DNA from: Mytilus trossulus
Lineage: Eukaryota
Direction of reading: 5' to 3'
NCBI RefSeq assembly: GCF_036588685.1
Contig: NC_086377.1
Span: 10,354,001 to 10,418,000, forward strand
DNA length: 64,000 bases
The notes beneath the pieces were generated by a model. It was given only the letters and a program-made list of their open reading frames with translations. It searched no databases and was not told the origin of the DNA. Positions 26,900 to 40,475 of this stretch are shown here, piece by piece; positions within the stretch are counted from its first letter, which is position 1, and the number at the start of each line of letters is the position of its first letter. A program made the translations under genes and the position numbers.

Positions 26900-27665
26900 G
26901 CTCAATTGTTTCTAAACAATTCAAAATTTGGTGACTATGTGGAACGCATCTATCCCATCGAATTTGAAATAAAAGATACTACAGATACAGTTAAGTCGGC
27001 TTCATATCTTGACTTGCATCTAGAAATTGACAATGAGGGTCGGTTGAAGACAAAACTTTACGACAAAAGAGATGATTTCAGCTTTCCAATTGCAAACTTT
27101 CCATTTCTAAGTAGCAACATTCCAGCAGCACCTGCATACGGGGTATATATCTCCCAATTGATACGATATTCCCGTGCTTGCATTTCCTATCATGATTTTC
27201 TTGATAGAGGGTTACTGCTTACAAGTAAACTATTAAACCAAGAGTTCCAAATGGTGAAGTTGAAATCATTCCTTCGTAAATTTTACGGACGCCATCACGA
27301 GTTGGTTTACCGTTATGGAATAACCGTTTCACAACTGATATCTGATATGTTCCTTACGTCGTAAATGTAATCCCCTTCCCTTTCATGACTGTGACCTACC
27401 GAACTAGACTATTTACCGGATTTGTAATCACATAAGCAACACGACGGGTGCCACATGTGGAGCAGGATCTGCTTACTCTTCCGGAGTACCTTAGATCACC
27501 CCTAGTTTTTGGTGAGGTTCGTGTTGTTTATTCTTTAGTTTTCTATGTTGTGTCATGTGTACTATTGTTTTTCTGTGTGTCTTTTTCATTTTAAGCGTTG
27601 GTGTTGTCAGTTTGTTTTAGATTTATGAGTTTGACTCTCCCTTTGGTATCTTTCGTCCCTCTTTC
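26900..27665 (+). mobile_element. 5'-truncated Penelope-like retroelement fragment (RT C-terminus plus 3' region)
   Basis: SASYLDL...LYDKRDDFSF...SNIPAAPAYGVYISQLIRYSRAC in ORF 26891-27364; 3' portion recurs inverted at ~36330-36528. Confidence 0.75.
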
Positions 27666-28624
27666 AAAACATTTATTAGGTCATTAGAAAGAAACATTTG
27701 AAAGTAGATTTAACCACTCTGCCATCATATCATGTGATAGCAGACATCTTTTAAACTATGTTCACGCAAAATTGTAAATATAACGGAATTTAATGTTTTA
27801 AAAATGCGCTATAAACCATTCGTCTGTGATGTGTTTTGTTAATGGATTTTGCAATGTGATTATGAACTTTACGATTAGATTTTCCTCTAAGCTCAGTATT
27901 TTTGTGATTTTACTTTTGACTACATTTTATGACAGAGAACTGTTTTCAATAATTGAATTTGATTATAATTCTTAACTGAAAATTTTCTTACCAACGTCTT
28001 TCAGTATTACCACTGTTAGGGTAAGTTTGCTATTAAATTCTGTGAGTATAATCAGTTCTTGTATGCTGATTGATAGCATTTCTGTTAATCTGATACCCTT
28101 TCGGCGAAACTGTGATCATCACAGGTTTTTACGTAAATTATGTCAACTCTATTTTATTTTGTTGGTTTTTATTTGACATTGTATTTTAACTTCTTTAAGA
28201 GTAGTGTATGTATATCCAGCCTCTTTTTCTTTCAATTTAGAAAACGCCACAAGCGCCTTGTACACGACGATTTGGTTTTGAATCTTAATTTCACTGTTGA
28301 CTTTCAATCATTTTGGTCTCCAGACTACAGTGGTATAATTCAGTCTTCTAAACAAGTATGCTCTATAACCGACCAGTTGTTCATTTTGACGTTAACATAA
28401 TAATACAACAATGAAGAAAAAAAGTTTTAGCGTCTGAATAACTTTCATAAATATAATTGAAAAAAGAGACGTAGAACTACATTAGCACCGTCATACTTTT
28501 ATGACTAAAACACGTTTAAAAGTAGAACAATATCAAATTGCAAAACCATAAGAGGTCGTAAAAATGATATGCTGAGTATCCTCATGTTGTTATTATTTAA
28601 TCACGTACAATTTTTCCATGTTAG

Positions 28625-28642
28625 CTGTTCTACCTGTGACGT
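28625..28642 (+). CDS. 18-nt exon encoding C-S-T-C-D-V (second Cys pair), second cassette
   Basis: tttttccatgttAG|c TGT TCT ACC TGT GAC GT|GTGAGT; phase 2-2; counterpart of 3353-3367. Confidence 0.68.
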
Positions 28643-29432
28643 GTGAGTACTTATTACAAAAGATAAACACAAATATTGGAGTTGGTACCTAACACTACAG
28701 CGAGATTACTCTTTAAAATCGGCTAAACGTTTTAATTACGTTGTGTTGTTAAGATAATATTAAACTTTGCCATGATCATAATTAAACGAGCTAAATAAGT
28801 TTTAGTAAATGTGTTAGGTTGCACCTTAATTAACATAAATTAAATAAATAATTATTTAACCTTTTCACAGCTGGTATTGCATAATAGAGACGAAGTTCTC
28901 TTTAAAATAGTATCATATCGAACATATTGACGATAGAAAAAAGTAAAATCACAAAAATACTGAACTCAGAGGAAAATCAATTTGGAAAGTCCATAACCAC
29001 ATGGCAAAATCAAAAAAACAAAACGCATCAAAAACGAATGGACAATAACTGTCATATTCCTGACTTGGTACAGGCATTTTCAAATGTAGAAAATGGTAGA
29101 ACTGATGTGTCAAAATTGAACAGTCGTCAAAATCCAAAATCTTAACAACATTCCTTTAGCAGTCTTTATCAGTATAATATACATTGCTGTTGTAGGAATT
29201 AAACGAATACATGTAATGATATATTTTACATTTCACGTGACTGTTTTCTTTCAAGCAAAACATATCACGTGACTTCTTCACTTCGACAGCCTTAAAGTTG
29301 TCAGAGATACTTAAACTACATTGAAATAGTGTACACCACAAATGATCAACGAAGAAGTCATAAAACATATGAAAGATAAATGATTATGAATTAATTTATC
29401 AAAACATTAATGTTATTTCCTCTATCTTTCAG

Positions 29433-29463
29433 GTATATGGCGCATATACATTGTGTAAAGTAA
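29433..29463 (+). CDS. Putative terminal coding exon YMAHIHCVK*, second cassette
   Basis: tttcctctatctttcAG|g TAT ATG GCG CAT ATA CAT TGT GTA AAG TAA in phase 2; similar size to 4482-4509. Confidence 0.6.
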
Positions 29464-30915
29464 CACCAGAGTACGCAGATACAAAAAGTACAACAATATT
29501 GATACATATGAATGATTTAAAAACAATCTTGATGTTTTCTTTGTTATTTTGATATTGACTTATGAATAATTCTAGTTATACCTTAACAAAACATGTACTT
29601 GGTTTGGTATAAATATTATTTTTGATCATATTTTGTTTACTTAAGTTATTCCATTACATGCACCATATTTGCTTACTTCAGTAAATGAACAATGTTAAGA
29701 TATTAATATGAATTTGGAGTATATAATTAAACTCATCATAGATACGCTTCTTTATTTTACTTCCTCTGTGTTTATATTTGACGGATGTTATCGTCCATAG
29801 AGCAAAAAAAATGAAACCACTGAACTTCTAGAGAAATATTATGGCATCATTAATATGACATCCAATCTACTAATTCACAACTAAACACAAGTTATTTTAA
29901 ATCAAGCACTGTATCGTTGTGTTAAGTCCGTTAAGTCATGTCAAGTTAATCAAGTTGGAAGGCTCTAGCGTTAAATCGTGTCTGTTAAGACTGTTTTGGA
30001 CAAATTTAGACCAATCATAAAAAGTAACGTTCAAACTTTCAGATCGGTGTTAAGATCCGTTAAGTGTGTCAGAATGATATTAAGAGTTACGCCCCTTCAT
30101 ATGGATACTACATTGTATTATAAATGCTAGAATAGAAAACGTATACTTTTCTTAACTATCAAACATAAAATTGTTGACTTTTTATTTCTGTTTTTTAAGG
30201 GATTAGAGAATTGATAATATATACAGTTTTGTTAGTTTGTTTTGTTGGGAAATTAAATTATTCGTCAATAACTGTTTCTAATTATATTTTTTTTTTTTTA
30301 TTTTCTGGTGTTAATCTATTTATTTATCTACTTATTATTTGAAAAAAGAAATTGCAATTTTCAAATGTAACACTCACAAAAGAGTGACAACAACATCTTA
30401 TGAATTGCATACGTCCAATTCAAATTTTATCAGGAACGATAACTGCAAAATACAAATATTTTACATGTAAGATCATTTATATAAATAATTTCGTTATCCT
30501 TTTTAGGGTGCATCAGGGAATCGTGTCTCCGTTTGAACTTAGCTTTTGAAACTGCTCTTAGGTCGTGACGTGAGAGTGTTTAAACTATGAATAACATACC
30601 ATCGGAAAGAAAAGGATGTCGATAGGGTTTTACAGAATAGAGAATGTTCGGCTATCAATATGAATAATAGAGAAAATGGAACAAAAAAAATAAGAGTAGA
30701 GAATAATAAAGTTTAGAAATAAAGAATTGATGATATAGACAAAAAGTATAAAGAATAGAAAAATAAAAGGCCTAAAGATTAACGAAAACAGAAATGAAGG
30801 ATCCCGTCCAGATCCTCATAGATTTAAACAATATAACCTAATTTTAAGTTTAGCATCAAGTATATGTCTTAGTTTATCTGTTTGTAAATGCGCTTATCCT
30901 TTCTTTCATTTAAGA

Positions 30916-31062
30916 ATTGAATGCTTTTTTGTAAATTTATTGGGGTGTAAAAGCGTTGACCGAAGTACATTTTGTATGAAGCGCGGAAGCGCTTCATTCT
31001 AAAAATGTACGCACGGTCAACGCTTTTACAACCCTATAACGTTACAAAAAGAAGCATTCAAT
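30916..31062. repeat. ~150-bp imperfect palindrome (core of a non-autonomous element)
   Basis: attgaatgct...gaagcgc-ggaa-gcgcttc...agcattcaat. Confidence 0.8.
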
Positions 31063-33200
31063 ACTTATAATTACATTTTTTAGCTAGGATCATGAAAACA
31101 CGATTTTCATTTAATTTTATTTATTTCACCTGTGCACTTTATTGTGGGACCTCGTGTCATCATGCATGATAAATGTTATTGTTTCATGCAATTGTTTATG
31201 GAATAACATGTGATGTGCTGTAAGCCAATCAGAATAACGTATTATAATGAAACATACATCTAATGTAATTATATGAATAAAAAACTTATTTAATATGAAT
31301 ATACATTTATTTTGTTTGTTTTTTCAGATTTCACTTTTGAAAATAATTCGTCTTCGTCTTCTTCCACTTAATTGTAAAAGCAACGTATGTATGCGTTAAT
31401 ATACGGTCTATAACGATTTAGTTCGATGGCACGTGCCAATAATCTAAATGTAATAAAATCAACGATCCATAAAATAACGTGGCAATTACAATGGCTATTT
31501 CACATTTATATCACACGTTCACCCGTAACATTATGAAAAATGTACCTCTGTATTTGTAGTATAAGGTTCTTAATCATTTTTTAAAGCTTCTTTCTCTTTA
31601 TTGTCGACATTGTTCAAACTACATGCACATATCACAAAACCCCAAAATTAATATAGTTAAAAAAGATACGATATTGAAAATGCATTTTTTTCTATCAAAA
31701 TGGTCGTGTATTTGTAACTCTAAGTGTTTATCTAAAATGTATTGAATATGGAAAAGATTAGATTTTTTCTCAAATATTTGCCATAAGAAGCATATTCAGT
31801 ATTATACATTTTGTCCTTTAATTCTTTTTTTTTTGGCGGGGGGAGGGGGGGTCCGTAAAAATACCGCAAAAGACCCCATTAGTGCAATAAGAACAAAAAA
31901 TGCACTAAGGACATGATGGAATGATACAATTGACACAAATTAGAAAGCTATTTAATATTTGATCGACTTGCACCACACTCAGTTGATTGTAATCTATAGA
32001 AATTCATGTTCGTTCAACCTTGACCCTTTTTGAAAACACTAGTATACTTATCAAAAATGTACATACATTATGTTATTTCATGTTGTTCTTGCTTTTTTTA
32101 TGGTATAATTATTACTGCCATATCTATTTTGCTTTTCTGTCTGTTATAATTTTTTACTTCTATGTAAGATTGTATTTTCTTCTTATTTTTGTTTCTTTTA
32201 ATTTCGTTCGTTTGTTCCATAAATTCAATTTTTTAAGTTCTCTCATAATGTTTCATAAAGATATTTTAAAATAGCAAAAAATGTATAGAGTTTGTTTACC
32301 AACACATACTGACATAGAAGATACACATGTTTCGCAAAGTATAATAGATTATTACATTTTTGTTGAGCCTTCCGACTTAAGCGTTCCACAAACCACAAAT
32401 ATGCAGTAGGATATAAGCTTGTTTATGATCATAATAGTTATCAAAGGTACCAGGATTATAATTTAATACGCCAGACGCGCGTTTCGTCTACATAAGACAT
32501 AAGATAGCTTAACAAAACCCAAAACATAAATTTATCCGTATTTTTATTTATAAATGATTTTTCATGGTTTCCAAGTTCTGTAAGCTGATTTCATTTACTC
32601 TGGTAAATCACATTTTCATGTTGGGGCCTTTTAATAATCGGTCGACTATGTGGAAGGTTTTTTCTCGTTTTTGAAGGCCGTATTGTTGCCTATAATTGCT
32701 TACATCCACTTCAGTTTAGGGGGTTGAGCGTACACGCATATGTGTTTATATTTGACGGATGTTATCGTCCATAGAACATAAAAAAACTGAAACAACTGAA
32801 TTACTAGAGAAATGATATGGCACCATTCATATGACATCCAATCTACCAATCAACAACTAAACACAAGTTATTTGCAATAAATCAAGCACTGTATCGTTTG
32901 TGTTTGAATGAGATGTGAACAACTTATCAACTGAGAATCACTTAACCACGCAATCTGAATGATCTCAAAATCTCACGAAAGATACGAAGATCGTTTATTA
33001 AATTTGAATCACTCATCAAACAGTTGTATATAATTTGTTACGTAGTAAATCAATGCAAGGAGTCTTCTTACAAAGATAGCATTTTGAAAGTTACTCTTTT
33101 ATCATATTGGTTTAAGAATTTTAATCATGTTAGTAAAAGACATTTGCGGAAACTATGTCTATGCATATGATTACGCTTAAGGCTTAGGATTACAGGTGAT

Positions 33201-35671
33201 AATATGAATGGGTCATCTCAAAATACAAAAACAAACCAATATATATACAAATCGCAAATGGTGTTTTCTACAGAAACAAAAGACGATATAAGCAACCGTT
33301 AAATTTAATTTGTCCGAAACGTTTTTATTGAACTACAATCATGATCAGGACCTCACAAAGTCGAATATTTGTAGTCAAGGACAGAGTGTGTAGATAGATG
33401 TATGATATATATAAATATATATTACAGGTAGGAGAATTATACTTTCCCCGCGAAACAGGATTCTTTAAATACAACGGTTAGTATACGAAAACTAGTTCTT
33501 GAATCGTTTTTTCTTGCTATTGAAACCAAAAACGTAGACAAAATGTGTGTCCTATTCAGGAAAAATAAAAGACTTTAAAAGAAATTATACAGAACGGCAA
33601 GTGAACTTTCATGCTGAAAAAATAGCTGAAACACACCCGTCCTCTGTATGTCCTCATTCTCTTTAAAACAAAATAAAAGAGAGAAAGTATGCATTAGCAT
33701 AAACATGCTTCCATGCTCCATGGTTTATTGCACCTCTCTTTAGCTTACACAAAATATTGCTGACTTTTTTCAGCAAGTGTCCCAATTCATCAACTGCAAC
33801 GACATTTTGTGTGTCTCATGTTAAAATTAATTCTAAAGTAATGTTATTTCAATATATCATACTTCGTACAATTGCAGCAATTGCTACCTTGGATAACACC
33901 GTATACAATAATTAATGTTAACACATTGTTGCAAATAAATTATTATTTAATTACATAAAACATCCATATTGTTACATTGTTTTGGATCGACGGTCTACTT
34001 TTACACCTTGAAAAAGCCCAAGATTGAAATGTTACCTGTAAGTATAATTGAAATCCCAATCGTAGGTGTAAGACAGTTGCCGCAGATGTCTATAAACACT
34101 AATATGAATGGGTCATCTCAAAATACAAAAACACACCAATATATATACAAATCGCAAATGGTGTTTTCTACAGAAACAAAAGACGATATAAGCAACCGTT
34201 AAATTTCATTTGTCCGAAACGTTTTTATTGAACTACAATCATGATCAGGACCTCACAAAGTCGAATATTTGTAGTCAAGGACAGAGTGTGTAGATAGATG
34301 TATGATATATATAAATATATATTACCAATAGGAGAATTATACTTTCCCCGCGAAACAGGATTCTTTAAATACAACGGTTAGTATACGAAAACTAGTAAAA
34401 TATTGTTCAGATGATACTCTACTGCACGATTACAACTTTGTACCCGCAACTGTTGCGTTGTCGACTTAAATAAGTTTTTTTAACAATGTCTTCTCGCCTG
34501 CTACACTTTTGATTTTGTTTTATCCCTTACAATCAACTGAATAGATTTGCGTATACAATTTGTGTTAAAATGAACAGCTTCACAGTGAGAGATATCGGGC
34601 TGTTCTGGTGGTTGGAACATCTCTTTTATTGCAGATCAAGACTTATGATTAGGGACATTTGGTCGACATCCCCACTTTTCCCTGGTTGAAATACTCTTTG
34701 GAAAATGACTTGATCGACCCCTGCGTCGTCATTGCACTCTATATTCCAATTCTATGAAAATATTAACAGTCTCGAAACAGGGGTTAAGCAAAGCAGTTCC
34801 ACCTATGGTCATGGAGGATAACCGTCGACACCGCGAAAAAAAGTCCATACTTTATGATTCCAAAGATCTGTTTATAAAAATTTAATGCAAGAAAAACAAC
34901 TTGGAACTCGTTTGCCATTTTCTGTTTGTTACTGTTGAAAACATAAATATCAAAGTTTAACTATTTGCGAACAGCTATTTTACATTTCAACTTAGTCTGG
35001 CGAACAGTTTCAAATATATTTCCGACAAAACAAAGTTCGTCGATAACTGGTTTTTGGTGGGTTTTTTTCTTGAATCGTTTTTTTTTTTGCTATTGAAACC
35101 AAAAACGTAGACAAAATGTGTGTCCTATTCAGGAAAAATAAAAGACTTTAAAAGAAATTATACAGAACGGCAAGTGAACTTTCATGCTGAAAAAATAGCT
35201 CAAACACACCCGTCATCTGTATGTCCTCATTCTCTTTAAAACAAAATAAAAGAGAGAAAGTATGTATTAGCATAAACATGCTTCCATGCTCCATGGTTTA
35301 TTGCACCTCTCTTTAGCTTACACAAAATATTGCTGACTTTTTTCAGTAAGTGTCCCAATTCATCAACTGCAACGACATTTTGTGTGTCTCATGTTAAAAT
35401 TAATTCTAAAGTAATGTTATTTCAATATATGATACTTCGTACAATTGCAGCAATTGTTACCTTGGATAACACCGTATACAATAATTAATGTTAACACATT
35501 GTTGCAAATAAATTATTATTTAATTACATAAAACATCCATATTGTCACATTGTTTTGGATCGACGGTCTACTTTTACACCTTGAAAAAGCCCAAGATTGA
35601 AATGCTACCTGTAAGTATAATTGAAATCCTAATCGTAGGTGCAAGACAGTTTCCGCAGATGTCTATAAACA
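33201..35671 (+). repeat. Local direct duplication (33201-33495 ~ 34101-34396; 33497-34100 ~ 35068-35671)
   Basis: Near-identical blocks; explains similar ORFs 33969 and 35542. Confidence 0.9.
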
Positions 35672-35875
35672 CTTATAGTTACATAACAGGGAATATAGAG
35701 TTAAGTTTATATTCTAAACTCATGACGAAAGAACCCAATATTTCAATGGCATAAAAAACCGCGAAAATATGGACGGTTTCACAAAACCTGCGTTAAGAAC
35801 TAAAAACTGATAATCACACCAAAGCAATTTAAAAAAAAATCAGCATAGATACCAGGATTAGAATTGTATATTTAA

Positions 35876-35918
35876 GATAAACGCGCGTTTCGTCTATAAA
35901 AGACTCATCGGTGACGCT
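35876..35918 (-). ncRNA. Degenerate hammerhead ribozyme in a short repeat
   Basis: Minus strand CCGATGA-gtct-tttat-agac-GAAA-cgcgcg-T; core CUGAUGA mutated to CCGAUGA; truncated relative at ~32468-32500. Confidence 0.55.
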
Positions 35919-38900
35919 CGAATCAAAAGAGTTTAAAGGGCCAAAAAAAATACGAAGTTGAATGATCTCTAAAATATCCCGAAAGATATAAAGATCGTTT
36001 TCTAAATATGACATGGATCGAATAACTCATGTTTGATACGTTGAACGAAAAAGTCTAATATTACCTGCTTTTGTAGCTTTGTAAACAAGAGCGTTATTAA
36101 ATTTTCGTCATATACTTGTTATGTTTTCTACTTTTGAATCCACAAATATCAGTACCTTCTTCAGTTATATTGCCATCGGTGTACTGCATATCATGGTGGT
36201 CCTTATTTATCATCAATGAGTAGTTCATCATTTATGTAATTCATATCAATAGTCTAATCTATATAAAATACGATAAACGAAAAACACTGATGAACCACAT
36301 CAACAAATGAAAACCACTGAACAACATTAAAAGAGGGACGAAAGATACCAAAGGGACAGTCAAACTCGTAAATCTAAAACAAAGTGACAACGCCATGGCA
36401 AAAACTGAAAAAGACAAACACAAAAAATCAATAGTACACATGACACAACATAGAAAACTAAAGAATAAACAACACGAACCCCACCAAAAACTAGGGGTGA
36501 TCTCAGGTGCTCCGGAAGGGTAAGCATTCGTCTGACTTCGGACAGGTGCAAACACATGCAGCGGGTTTAAACTTTGCTACAGGTAAAAAATCATCCCCTT
36601 TAATTAAGACAATAGTGTATCTTCACAACAAAGAAAGACGCACTATGAAATATTTTTTTTGAAATGGCCTTATTCAATGACAATACATACTATCACAAGT
36701 GAACCTAAACTGTACGAACACATATGATATTTGTCAAAATGTAAATACAAACCCAAAAGAAGGGTTATATGTAGAACAATGAAAGAAAGACAAATAAAAC
36801 GTTGAACAAAATACCAACAAAAAGATTTTTGTTTTAAGACGATCAGGTTGATTATTTTTTGTTGTTCTGTGGCATTTGATTAAATTAAATTGAAAATAAT
36901 TGATTCGACTAAACCAATTCAGATACTAGTACCAAATATATCTTTTAACGATGACATAAGAAATCAGTACATAATGTGTACAACATAACTGACCTAAAAT
37001 GTATGTTGCTTGATGTATGTTTTACGTTAATATGTTACTCTTGGCAGAGTATTACTCTTACAGCGGTCAGATTTTATTTTATGATTGAGAAGCATTCAAA
37101 CAGGATCTATACACGAAAGACCCCAATTGGACTTAGCCTGACGGGGAGGATTTCCAACTGACATACCCTTATGTGACACGCCTAATAATTACTGTTAATT
37201 CACTTTATTACTGTTGATTATGAGATAATATCCTTTTACTCTATAAAAACCTTCAACGTTATCACATTTGATATCATAATACTGTCTGCTTCAAAACTAT
37301 TATTGAAAAATAATTACTTAAACAGAATATTTGTAACAATTTTTTTTTTACCACTTGTTTTTCGCTAGTTTTTTTGTTAATAAATCTTAAGTATTATGTA
37401 TAATACATTGTGATATTTTCCTTTCTTTACATGGTGTTGCTATTGTTTTTTGATACTTGATTAGATTTTTCATTAAAGCATTGAAGTTTCAGTGTAGCGT
37501 AAACTCGAAAGTGTTAACTATTGAAAACCAGAACTGCTTTCCCTCCTAAAACATTTTAATGGTCATCCTCTACACGTTTTAAAACAAAGAAACCGATATA
37601 TTTATTTCATATATTTTATCATTTGATAATCATGCCATACATGAAAATGTTGTCTGCGTATCATGTTTTTAGGAATTTCGCCTTGTTTGATGATTATTTG
37701 CGTTGCAATTTCAACATAATATATATTTAGTTAGTTCTAATCCATTTGTTTAGACTATACTGTTTGTGATCATTATGTGTATCATGTAGACGTATTTCTC
37801 TGTAATGTATAATATTAAAGTAATATCATGAAATAGTATTATAAAAACAGCAGTAGTCGCAAGAACACACAACTTTTACTATGCAAAGCTTGTTTCTCTA
37901 TCGGTGACCATTAGCTACTTATTTATCTATCATTTTGGTCTGTTGAAGAAAGTTGTCTCATTGGCAATCATACCACATCTTTTTGTTTATCTATAAGATT
38001 TTGTACTCATTAATTCTGCAATATTATATTCCTATCTATACATATTCCAGTTATTATAGATTATATACCTATATGGAGTTATTTTCTTTTAGTAGGACAT
38101 GTCATTCTTTTTCAGAATCAACCCGGACGATACCATGTTTCAATGATATATGCTCCAAGGCATAAAATAATGACCTGTGTCATTATTTTCCTTGATAAAC
38201 ATGCAGTCTGTGATTAACTTCGAAACTTTATTCGTTGAACAGTTTTTTGTTGCCGATTTGGAAATTTATTTTTCAAGGTTAAATCGATGATAGGTGTAAA
38301 AGAAACCACATTGTAGTCCCGCATTTTAATCTAAGAAACACATAACATGAAGTGTTGTTAATTCATCGCTACACTAAAGAACTATAATCATATATGTCAG
38401 ATGAATTTTAATGTGGACTTTCATAAGACAAATGTTTAAAAACTATTTAGAAAATAAAATTTAACATATTCGTGTGTAAGAATTTGTAAATCGTATTGAG
38501 TCAAACTGAATAGGTTGATTGATTGTTGGTTGCTTGCCTAACGTCAAGTGGCAAATATTTTATGCATGTTCAGAACGATACAAACTGAATAAGAAATCAT
38601 ACTGTATCCTATATTCGTCTTCGTGTCAGTTCTTAACTTTTTAAAATTTATGTATACCTTTTACTCAACAAATACGATAATCTTATATTCTATTGAATAA
38701 CAATAACGTAACTCACGAAAGGGTAGGATGCGGATGGTATCTAATGATATCCTGATTATCTTTTAATGAAATTTATTGCTATGCAAAAGACAAGCTTTCT
38801 GCATTTTTCATTCGATTCAAGTAAAATTGTTCAAAAAATTACTTTTCCGCGATAGAAATATCATAACAAATAGAAAAAAAAACATACCCCTCCCCCTTTT

Positions 38901-39075
38901 GCATAAGCTACGTGGTACAATTAATAACTTACAATGTGTCTTGCATTTGTCATACACCGTTATCGTATGGAAACAATACATTTGTGTCTTACTTCATGCA
39001 GTTACAATTATATTTTTATTGTGTATGGATAATAATTTTGAAAAGGTTTATATTTAAATTATTTAGTGAGTTTTA

Positions 39076-39215
39076 TTTCACTTTCTAAATGAGCCGCAGG
39101 GCGTATTTAAACCTGAACGCGTTAGAAAGGAATATCCCACCTTTGTGTTGTCAGTAAAATAGGATACTTAATTTTACAAATCTTTATAAAATTAAAAATT
39201 TTTGACGGTATATAA
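39076..39215 (+). promoter_or_regulatory. Candidate immune-inducible promoter: IRF element, NF-kB site, TATA-like box
   Basis: TTTCACTTTC (=GAAAGTGAAA) 39076-39085; GGAATATCCC (=GGGATATTCC, fits GGGRNWYYCC) 39129-39138; TATATAA 39209-39215; ATG at 39477. Confidence 0.5.
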
Positions 39216-39476
39216 GTCAGATAATTCAATACAATTGTTAAATTATGGTAATCAAGTCAAGATTGCAGGTCAATAACTAATGTCATTAACATAACTGTAC
39301 ACTATCTTAAATGTTCAAATGATATTCAGGTTATAATTCAAGTTTAATATTTCACAATTTATCATCTAAATACACATTATACATAGATAACCGTAATTGA
39401 TTCAAATATAGAACACGTTATCATTGGTTATATACCTTACCTGTGCATTACACATTGAAGACGACAAAATGGCACA

Positions 39477-40243
39477 ATGGCACAGGCAGCCTCTAAAACA
39501 TGTGAGATATGTATAAGTGCTCCAGGATCCCAATACTGTTTGGAGTGTGAACAAAACTTTTGTGAAAATTGTAAAACTTTTCATAGTAGGCAGAAGATAT
39601 CAAAAACTCACCAGTTCCAGTCTTCCTCTGATGTAATCCCGGAGGGTAAATCGAAATGTAAGGACCACAATGAAGACTTCAGTTTTGTATGCAAAACATG
39701 TGACGTAGTAGTGTGCAGTAGTTGTGTGACTGGCAGTCACACAGGGCATGCTTTTTCCAAGCTTCTGGACAGCATTAAACAGTTAAAGGAGAAGAACACA
39801 ACATACCTACGTATAAGAGTACAACAGTCAACACAAAACATGAAGCAGATAGAAAAAGGTATAAAGGAATTTGATGTCAAGGTGGAAGGAGTAGTCAAAG
39901 CTATTACAAAAGAAGGTACACAACTCAAGGCTATGGTTGATAAATGTGTTGCAGAGATGATTTCATCGGTCAATGATCAATCTAGGAGAGAAAAGGACAA
40001 ATTGACAAAGATCATGGCAGATACTAGAATGGATTTGAAGGCAGGAAGCAATTTAGACATGCAGATTGATGAACTCGACAAGATCAGAAACGATGGTAAT
40101 TTGTTACAGTCTTTACAGAAGCTTACAGATGACAATGCAAAGCTGACGATAAAGCCAATTCCCGAGTTTCCGAACATAAGGTATACTGCGAAGTCCGCAA
40201 CAGATAACGACGTTAAACAACTGTTTGGTAACTACATACTCAG
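39477..40243 (+). CDS. RING-less TRIM-like protein, coding exon 1 (B-box1, B-box2, coiled-coil)
   Basis: CEIC..CLEC..CENC..H..H and CKDH..CKTC..CSSC..HTGH followed by a helical heptad region; donor ctcAG|GTAATT in phase 2. Confidence 0.93.
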
Positions 40244-40475
40244 GTAATTCTACTAAAAATGACTGACAATTTTGTGGGCGTAATACATGCTTTAATATAA
40301 CCATAGTATCTAAATGAGACACGCTTTTTTTTTGCGAAATAAAAATTATGTTGTATTCTGAAATATAAACTTATGTCTTGAAATAATATGACAGACGAAG
40401 GAGTGATAATTCATGAAATACAAATATGCGTTCATTACACATCTATTGTTTAATATTATGGATTCAACATGTGAT

